From an uncultured Candidatus Rokubacteria bacterium (GTDB lineage: Bacteria; Methylomirabilota; Methylomirabilia; Rokubacteriales; DASRDR01): a stretch of 64,000 bases of DNA. Of this stretch, positions 62,602-64,000 are shown in pieces. A model generated the notes under the pieces. The model saw nothing but the letters and a program-made list of their open reading frames with translations, had not been told where the DNA came from and made no database searches. The translations under genes and the position numbers were made by a program. Every line of letters begins with the position of its first letter. The stretch's first letter is position 1. The stretch is from NCBI GenBank assembly GCA_963805625.1, contig CAWDVE010000017.1, positions 224,001 through 288,000 on the forward strand. The letters are read 5' to 3'.

Positions 62602-64000
62602 CCCCGGAATCTCCGGGCTCGGCCGGATCCGGCGGGCCGAGCCACTGGACCGCGAGCAAGGTCACGTCGTCGGCCGGCTCGAAGGGCTCCCGGAAGGTCC
62701 GGACTGCCGCCACCAGATCGGCGACCAGTCGAGCGGGCTCGCTGCGAGGGGGTTCCTGCGCGGCCTCGGTCACGAGGCGTGTCACCCGCGCGGTACCGAA
62801 CAGGCTGCCCCCCGGGTCGAGCGCCTCCGTCACGCCGTCCGTCACCATCAGCACGGTGTCTCCTGGCCGGAGGCGTGCCGTGGCGGTCTCGTAGGCGAAG
62901 TCGTCGAGCACGCAGAGCGGCGGGCCAGCGCCGCCCTCCAGCCGGTCGACTCCCCCGCCCTCGGGGCGCACGATCCACGGCGCCTCGTGGCCGGCGCTCG
63001 AGTACCAGAGCCGTCCCGTATTGACGTCGAGGACGGCCGCCACGAGCGTCACGAAGAACGCCTCCGGGTTGTCGCGGCCCATCTCCGTGTTTGCCTCGCG
63101 CATCGTCTTGGCCAGCTCGGTCGCGTGGCGGGTCGAGATGCTCCGGTAGAAGGCCTTCGTGGCCGCCATGAAGAGGCTGGCGGGGAGGCCCTTCCCCGAG
63201 ACGTCGCCGACGAGGAACAGGAGCTGGTCGCCGTCGAGGAGGAAGAAGTCGAAGAGGTCACCGCCCACGACGCGCGCCGGCTCCATCACGGCCGCGATTC
63301 GAAAGCGGCCCTCGCCCGGGAACACGCTCTCCGGCCGGGGCAGGAGGCCGAGCTGGATGCGACGCGCCGCCTCGAGCTCACCCGCGAGCCGGGCGGCGGC
63401 CTCGCGCTCCTCCTGGAGTCGCTGGCGGAGGGCCCGGCGCTGACGATCGGCCTCGGCCAGCGCGCCGCCGAGCGTGGCGGTGTAGACGATCCCCAGCCCG
63501 AGCGCCGGCGTGAGGCCGTCGAACAAGTGCGCGAGCTGCCGGTACGCCAAGAAGCTCCCACCGAGCAGCCCGGCGCCGAGGCCGAGGGCCAGCAGCGCCG
63601 CGCGGAGCATCCCCACCGTCGGGGTGAGGGTGACGACCAGCACGCCGGCGGCGATGAGCGCCCCTGCTTCGGCCCACTCCGCCCAGCGGGGCCGCACGAG
63701 GACACGACCGTCGAACATGTTCTCGAGCACTTGGGCGTGAACCTCGATGCTGGGGAGGCTTTCTCCGAGCGGGGTGACGTGCTGGTCCCCGAGGCCCAGC
63801 GCCGTCACGCCCACGAGGACCAGCTTGCGCTCGAGACGGTCGGGCGGAACCTCGTCCGCGAGCACCGACGCGGCCGAGACGAACCGGGCCGCGTCGTGCG
63901 GCGTGAAGTGGATCCACATCGTCCCGTCGGTCTCCGTGGGGAACGAGACGTCGCCCACGCCCACCGCGCGCACGCCGCCCCCGTCGCTTCGGACGTTGAA
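62588..64000 (-). CDS. CHASE2-type sensor fused to a PP2C/SpoIIE phosphatase (5' end outside window)
   Basis: KLVLVGVTALGLGD..TP...EVHAQ, three TMs, GGDLFD, GDVSGKG, TDGVTEA, DDVT. Confidence 0.9.
   Translation of the reverse strand, partial: FNVRSDGGGVRAVGVGDVSFPTETDGTMWIHFTPHDAARFVSAASVLADEVPPDRLERKLVLVGVTALGLGDQHVTPLGESLPSIEVHAQVLENMFDGRVLVRPRWAEWAEAGALIAAGVLVVTLTPTVGMLRAALLALGLGAGLLGGSFLAYRQLAHLFDGLTPALGLGIVYTATLGGALAEADRQRRALRQRLQEEREAAARLAGELEAARRIQLGLLPRPESVFPGEGRFRIAAVMEPARVVGGDLFDFFLLDGDQLLFLVGDVSGKGLPASLFMAATKAFYRSISTRHATELAKTMREANTEMGRDNPEAFFVTLVAAVLDVNTGRLWYSSAGHEAPWIVRPEGGGVDRLEGGAGPPLCVLDDFAYETATARLRPGDTVLMVTDGVTEALDPGGSLFGTARVTRLVTEAAQEPPRSEPARLVADLVAAVRTFREPFEPADDVTLLAVQWLGPPDPAEPGDSGVSAP

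Overview
High-GC bacterial genomic window. Gene style is consistent with a Rokubacteria/Methylomirabilota-like organism, but that is inference only. Backbone genes: a peptide ABC transporter, ilvE-like aminotransferase, paired acyl-CoA dehydrogenases, an amidohydrolase/MFS/M20 operon, nucleotide-sugar genes, lepA-lepB-hemW and hrcA-grpE-dnaJ (no dnaK), a stress-gene cluster, and a FecR/OmpA/CHASE2-PP2C/RsbW signalling module. Three unusual systems stand out. (1) An island at about 32.7-40.9 kb, closed by integrase and rtcA remnants, encodes a PqqD/RRE protein with its own leader-like C-terminal tail, an HPr-kinase-like P-loop kinase, two nucleotidyltransferases (one fused to a Cys-His papain/CHAP-like domain), a minimal LCP protein, MtgA and two GT2s. 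It has lasso-type tailoring enzymes but no lasso cyclase. (2) A MamK-like actin directly abuts a membrane-anchored peptidoglycan amidase, with no magnetosome genes nearby. (3) A duplicated GT-C / SGNH / sxtJ-sxtI-sxtK-like carbamoyltransferase cluster probably modifies the cell envelope. Two genes have frameshifts in homopolymer runs, which may be assembly errors. No rRNA, tRNA or CRISPR array was recognised. All family assignments are by eye from motifs; no database search was run.
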